Shown here one piece after another: positions 57,686-61,849 of a stretch of 61,849 nt of DNA. This DNA is from an uncultured virus (IMG/VR IMGVR_UViG_3300034095_001075). Lineage: Duplodnaviria; Heunggongvirae; Uroviricota; Caudoviricetes. Made by a program: the position numbers and the translations under genes. The stretch's first letter is position 1. Each line of letters begins with the position of its first letter. The DNA lies in IMG/VR virus record IMGVR_UViG_3300034095_001075; one strand, given 5' to 3'. A model generated the notes under the pieces. The model made no database searches. It was not told the origin of the DNA and saw only the letters and a list, made by a program, of their open reading frames with translations.

Positions 57686-59671
57686 ATGATCCCTACCTTC
57701 TCTTCATACAGTGCTCCAGAACCGTCTAGGAAGCTAGCCATGCTATCCCTAAACGAAGCAAGCAATGGAGAGCATTTACGATTAACTATCGATCTGGGTG
57801 ATGTTAAAGCAGGATCTGTATATAAGCCAATTGCTGAGAATCTATATAAAATCTTATTAGATGAAGGCTTTCCTGAATATAAAATAAAATTGAAAGGAAT
57901 TGGCGAATTTTGTTTCGTAGATGAATCCAATACCACTCTGTTACAGATAATTGGTGGTCTTGGAAAAGAAAAACAAATTGATAAGTTATTTGAATTTGTA
58001 AATATAAATACTTCTTTAGATTCTGAACATAATGTCATTGTAGTTCCACCCGTAGTGGAACAAATCGTTTCTGTTCCGATAAAGGGAGATACTGGCACCA
58101 CTGGTGATGTCGGTTCTAAGGGAGACAGAGGTGATCGTGGGTTTATAGGTGCGCGTGGAGAAACAGGCGATACCGGACCACAAGGACCGCAAGGACCCCA
58201 AGGCATACCCGGAGAAAGGGGAACCGATGGATTACAAGGACAGACAGGCCCTAAAGGCGATCAAGGAGATCGTGGCGATAAGGGAGATGTTGGCAATATT
58301 GGGCCGCAAGGAGAAAAAGGTGAAAAGGGAGATCCTGGCATCCAAGGACTTGTGGGATCGATTGGTCCGACCGGTAATGTGGGTTCTAGCGGTGCTAAAG
58401 GAGAACGAGGAGAAAAGGGAGATACAGGATCAGATGGTACGATTGGTCCGAAGGGAGAGACAGGTCCTCAAGGAATACCGGGAACTCAAGGAAAGAATGG
58501 CAAGCAAGGAAAAGCAGGCGTAAAAGGTGATGTTGGTGAGCGGGGTGAAAAAGGTGACAAGGGCGATAAAGGTGATCCGGGTGAAGTTGGTGTTGCTACC
58601 GCAAAATATCCTCTAAAACTAAACGAAAAAATATTAAGTATTGAACAACAATTCTTACAGGATATTGTAACTAACGCAACATCTAAACATAGCGCACAGG
58701 GTGGTGGTGGTGGAAATTTAATAGTAAAGCATGAAGGAAGAAGACTTACTTCTGCTGCTAAAAGTATTAACTTTACCGGAAGTGCAATTTCCTCCGTTTC
58801 TACAGACGGTAAAAACATAAACATAAATGTTGTTGGTGGAGAAGGTGGATCACCAACATCAAATAGATTTTCATACACAGACGAACCACCAGAAAATCCA
58901 ATAAATGGTGACAGATGGTTTGAAAGTGATACTGGTAAATATTTTGTATACATTGATGACGAAGATTCTTCGCAGTGGGTACAAATTGTTACTAGCACAG
59001 GTTCCTCAACACCATCACCGATAACTCTACCTTTTGTAGTATCAGCAGAAATAAACACAGATAATGAACTAATATTAATTTACAACAACGAAAGTACTTT
59101 AAATGTAGGAGTCGTAGAAGGAACACCCGGTCCAATTGGTCTAACTGGTGCTAAAGGCGATACTGGTTCTACTGGTGCAACAGGTGCTACTGGTGTAACT
59201 GGAACTTCTGTTTCAAATGCAGATGTTAATACTAATGGCGATTTAATTCTTACACTTACAGACGCAACTGTAATTAATGTTGGAAATGTTGTTGGTGCAG
59301 ATGGTGCAACAGGACCAACTGAGGATTTGATTTCAGTATTCATAGATTCTACGCCTGATGATATATCAATAGGCAAAAAAGCACATCGTCTCATTCCTTA
59401 TGATTGTCAGGCGTTAGAGTGGTATATTGTTGCGGGTCAAACGGGTTCGATCCAGTTCGATGTGAAGAAATCTACATTTGCAAACTACCCATCAACCACT
59501 TCTATAGTTGGATCAGACTACCCAAGCCTTAGCGGTCAATTCAAGAATTCAAATACAGGCATCACCGCATGGTCGGGAATGAGTGCAGGTGACATGATTG
59601 ATTTCGTAATAAATAGTAATACAGATATACAAAGCGTAGGATTGTTCATAAAGATCAGGAGAATCACATGA
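57686..59671 (+). CDS. Collagen-like fibre protein
   Basis: 57 uninterrupted Gly-X-Y triplets (58085-58597), a second short collagen run, P.NP..GDRWF..DTGK...Y motif and a C-terminal beta domain; ACTAAATA box at 57671-57678. Confidence 0.85.
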   Translation: MIPTFSSYSAPEPSRKLAMLSLNEASNGEHLRLTIDLGDVKAGSVYKPIAENLYKILLDEGFPEYKIKLKGIGEFCFVDESNTTLLQIIGGLGKEKQIDKLFEFVNINTSLDSEHNVIVVPPVVEQIVSVPIKGDTGTTGDVGSKGDRGDRGFIGARGETGDTGPQGPQGPQGIPGERGTDGLQGQTGPKGDQGDRGDKGDVGNIGPQGEKGEKGDPGIQGLVGSIGPTGNVGSSGAKGERGEKGDTGSDGTIGPKGETGPQGIPGTQGKNGKQGKAGVKGDVGERGEKGDKGDKGDPGEVGVATAKYPLKLNEKILSIEQQFLQDIVTNATSKHSAQGGGGGNLIVKHEGRRLTSAAKSINFTGSAISSVSTDGKNININVVGGEGGSPTSNRFSYTDEPPENPINGDRWFESDTGKYFVYIDDEDSSQWVQIVTSTGSSTPSPITLPFVVSAEINTDNELILIYNNESTLNVGVVEGTPGPIGLTGAKGDTGSTGATGATGVTGTSVSNADVNTNGDLILTLTDATVINVGNVVGADGATGPTEDLISVFIDSTPDDISIGKKAHRLIPYDCQALEWYIVAGQTGSIQFDVKKSTFANYPSTTSIVGSDYPSLSGQFKNSNTGITAWSGMSAGDMIDFVINSNTDIQSVGLFIKIRRIT

Positions 59672-61849
59672 AAGCAGCAGTAGATCATTTTTTTACGGGG
59701 GACACTATAGGATTTACAGGAGGAATTCCTGCCGTTGGTTCAACTGCGGGTGGTTATGATTCCACCAAGACCATGCTTTCCTCGCTCATTCGCCAAGCCA
59801 CGGGAGCAAACACAGAAGACAAATATATTTCTTCAAAGCCATCAGCCATTGTGAACATTCCTGAAGTGTTTTCTTCGGGTACGCAGTTTATGCCATATGT
59901 ATACAAATGGTCGAACAATATTTACTGGATTTTTGCAGCATCTAATGCTACTGCCGCAGCAACAAGAACTATTTCTCTTACAGAATTTAATTCAAGTACA
60001 TTTGCCTTGACCTACAAGGGATTCATAACGCTATCAGGAACCACGGTATCAGGAAGCAAAACCATTCGTTCCCTACGAGCAATGGTATATAAACACACAA
60101 CGGGAACAGTCTCCACAAGTGGGTCTTCTACAACAATTTCTGGTTCTGGAACAGGATTTACAGACGAACGCATTTCTGTTGGTGCAAGGATTGGATTTGG
60201 AACAACCGATCCCACGGCAGTCACCACATGGTATGAAATCACAGGAATAACAAACAACACAACCCTAACGATCAATGCTCCCGTTACTCTATCTGCTGGA
60301 ACTTCGTATGTTATTGAAGAAATACAAATTGCAGTTGCCTGTACGCAATCGGGTACTGGTACTATCGTTGTGAATAGCGGCGTTCATCTCATCAAGGGAC
60401 TGAACTACAGCACATTCTCTCAAGGCGGAACCACAATTACAGAAGCAACGACTGTTGATAACATTCGTGCTTCATACCTGTTGACCGATGCAAGAATAAA
60501 CTCTGCACCAATCCAAACCTTCACAGTCACCATTGCTTCGCCAGGAGTCTTTACCTGCAATAGTAACGGACTGAGGAACGGTGATGTTGTTGTTTTGACA
60601 AGTACAGGTGCTTTGCCAACTGGACTTACGACATCACCGACAACTGCTGCAACGCAGTATTTTGTGGTGAATGCGGCAACAAACACCTTCAACCTGTCAA
60701 CCACTCTCAACGGAACTGCGATCAATACCTCTGGTTCTCAGAGCGGAACACATACCATACACTCTCATGCAAAGAATGTTGCTGCTACCTTGGCTTTGGA
60801 TGATGAAGTAAGCAAGACAGACCACAGCATCTACTTGGTGTCAACATATGCAACCTCTTGTTCAATAACCGAGTACAACCTCCGAGCGGCATTGACTGTT
60901 GGTGCGATGGGTTCATTCATCACCGCAGGAACAAGCCCAAGTGCCTATGTGCTATCCACAACGACACAGGCAGTCACGGGAACACCATCACAGGTAAATT
61001 CTGGAAGAATATTTACAGTAAATCATGGTTCCGCATCTGGAATAAAAAGTCTTTACTTTACAACAACCACAAGAATTTACCGTTGTCCAGATGCCAATCT
61101 TACGAGTGGATCTATAAACTGGTTGGAAGACGCAATGATTGAAGTCCCACCAGGCGGTAGTGTCACATATACCGCTACGACAACCATGTCACAGGTTGAC
61201 TATTCGGCAATAATCGACCGATTGTTCGTGACAACTACAAGTGGACGATTTGGAACCTATGTGACCCCGTATGTCACGGATGGATCGCAGTTTGAAAGGT
61301 TCATCGGTGCCAACTTGAACAGATTGAAGTTGACCACAACCGCTTCGGGCGCAAGTGATGGACTGTTTCCAACAGCCACACTTACAATTTGGACTGAAGA
61401 TGGATGGATGTTCGCCATACCCGCATCCGTGACATCGGGATCGAATTGGCTGTATGTATTCCCGTTCGGTGCAGATGCGTACTACGAGTCAACGACCCGT
61501 CAGGGGGTCATCACTCCTAAACTTGCAACCACGAACGCAAGCAAACTTTATCATGCCTATGTTGACCATATGGAATATGCAGGAGAATACGGACTCGGAT
61601 TTCCTGTTGAGTCCTACAAGATGTGGTATCGCACAAGTGGCATAGACGATAATAGTGGTGCATGGACAGAAATTGCTATAGGAGCGGATTTGGAAGCCGC
61701 TGCTGTATCTGATTATATTCAATTCAAGATTGCGTTTGACATTATGGGCGAACTCTGCGTTCCCACTCGCATATACTCTATTGCTTGTTTGTATGAGGAC
61801 TCCAATCAGGATTCACATTATCAGCCGTCTCTGTCAAAATCTTCTACCG
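59668..61849 (+). CDS. Large virion/fibre-associated protein, 3'-truncated (missing from ORF track)
   Basis: aggaga SD and ATGA overlap; manual translation MKAAVDHFFTGD... has no stop to the window end (>720 codons); contains the TIASPGVFT...GL.NGD.V.LT.TGALPTGL...YFVV...NTF.LSTT..G.AINTSGSQSGTHT phage tail module. Confidence 0.8.
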   Translation, partial: MKAAVDHFFTGDTIGFTGGIPAVGSTAGGYDSTKTMLSSLIRQATGANTEDKYISSKPSAIVNIPEVFSSGTQFMPYVYKWSNNIYWIFAASNATAAATRTISLTEFNSSTFALTYKGFITLSGTTVSGSKTIRSLRAMVYKHTTGTVSTSGSSTTISGSGTGFTDERISVGARIGFGTTDPTAVTTWYEITGITNNTTLTINAPVTLSAGTSYVIEEIQIAVACTQSGTGTIVVNSGVHLIKGLNYSTFSQGGTTITEATTVDNIRASYLLTDARINSAPIQTFTVTIASPGVFTCNSNGLRNGDVVVLTSTGALPTGLTTSPTTAATQYFVVNAATNTFNLSTTLNGTAINTSGSQSGTHTIHSHAKNVAATLALDDEVSKTDHSIYLVSTYATSCSITEYNLRAALTVGAMGSFITAGTSPSAYVLSTTTQAVTGTPSQVNSGRIFTVNHGSASGIKSLYFTTTTRIYRCPDANLTSGSINWLEDAMIEVPPGGSVTYTATTTMSQVDYSAIIDRLFVTTTSGRFGTYVTPYVTDGSQFERFIGANLNRLKLTTTASGASDGLFPTATLTIWTEDGWMFAIPASVTSGSNWLYVFPFGADAYYESTTRQGVITPKLATTNASKLYHAYVDHMEYAGEYGLGFPVESYKMWYRTSGIDDNSGAWTEIAIGADLEAAAVSDYIQFKIAFDIMGELCVPTRIYSIACLYEDSNQDSHYQPSLSKSST

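Noticed and set aside
41453..58010. TATAAATA matches at 41453-41460 and 58003-58010
   Set aside because: Both lie inside AT-rich coding sequence; 58003 is far from any start and 41453 is ~80 nt upstream of one, so chance cannot be excluded.
862..61722. Numerous minus-strand and short alternate-frame ORFs in the ORF track
   Set aside because: All lie inside well-supported + strand genes, lack recognisable motifs and look like shadow ORFs of biased or repetitive coding sequence.
1..61849. Alternative genetic code (stop-codon reassignment)
   Set aside because: Core genes are full-length under the standard code; the only in-frame interruption seen is the single TAA in gp15.

Overview
Fragment of a large, AT-rich T4-like myovirus genome (cyanophage/freshwater 'T4 superfamily' style); all credible genes are on the + strand. 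Order: partial giant virion/fibre protein and a Cys-rich partner; neck-tail-terminase-head module (gp13-14-15-16-17-18-19-20, a 3-gene Cys-rich insertion, gp67-like, gp21-22-23, gp3); uvsY-uvsW-gp55-gp47-(SAM MTase, DenV-like glycosylase, gp68-like)-gp46-GNAT-DNA MTase; rnh, gp45-44-62-regA; a ~10 kb modular fibre/adhesin cassette ending in two glycosyltransferase-like paralogs; dUTPase, Nmad1-like, gp43, uvsX, gp41, gp61, thyX; a collagen-like fibre and a long ORF that runs off the right edge. T4 late promoters (TATAAATA) and near-consensus sigma70 promoters are visible. Most notable: the tetramer ACGT appears to be completely absent; a Cys-rich repeat of the type I recall from Phycisphaerales (Planctomycetota) proteins sits inside the head module; gp15 is split by an in-frame TAA; a hairpin sequesters the gp13 RBS around a late promoter; a strong antisense promoter points back at uvsW; and the fibre cassette is built from alternating C-terminal DGGx[FY] and N-terminal IKIKR motifs. 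No tRNA, rRNA, CRISPR array, intron, intein or reverse transcriptase was seen. Family assignments come from recognised motifs and gene order, not from database searches.
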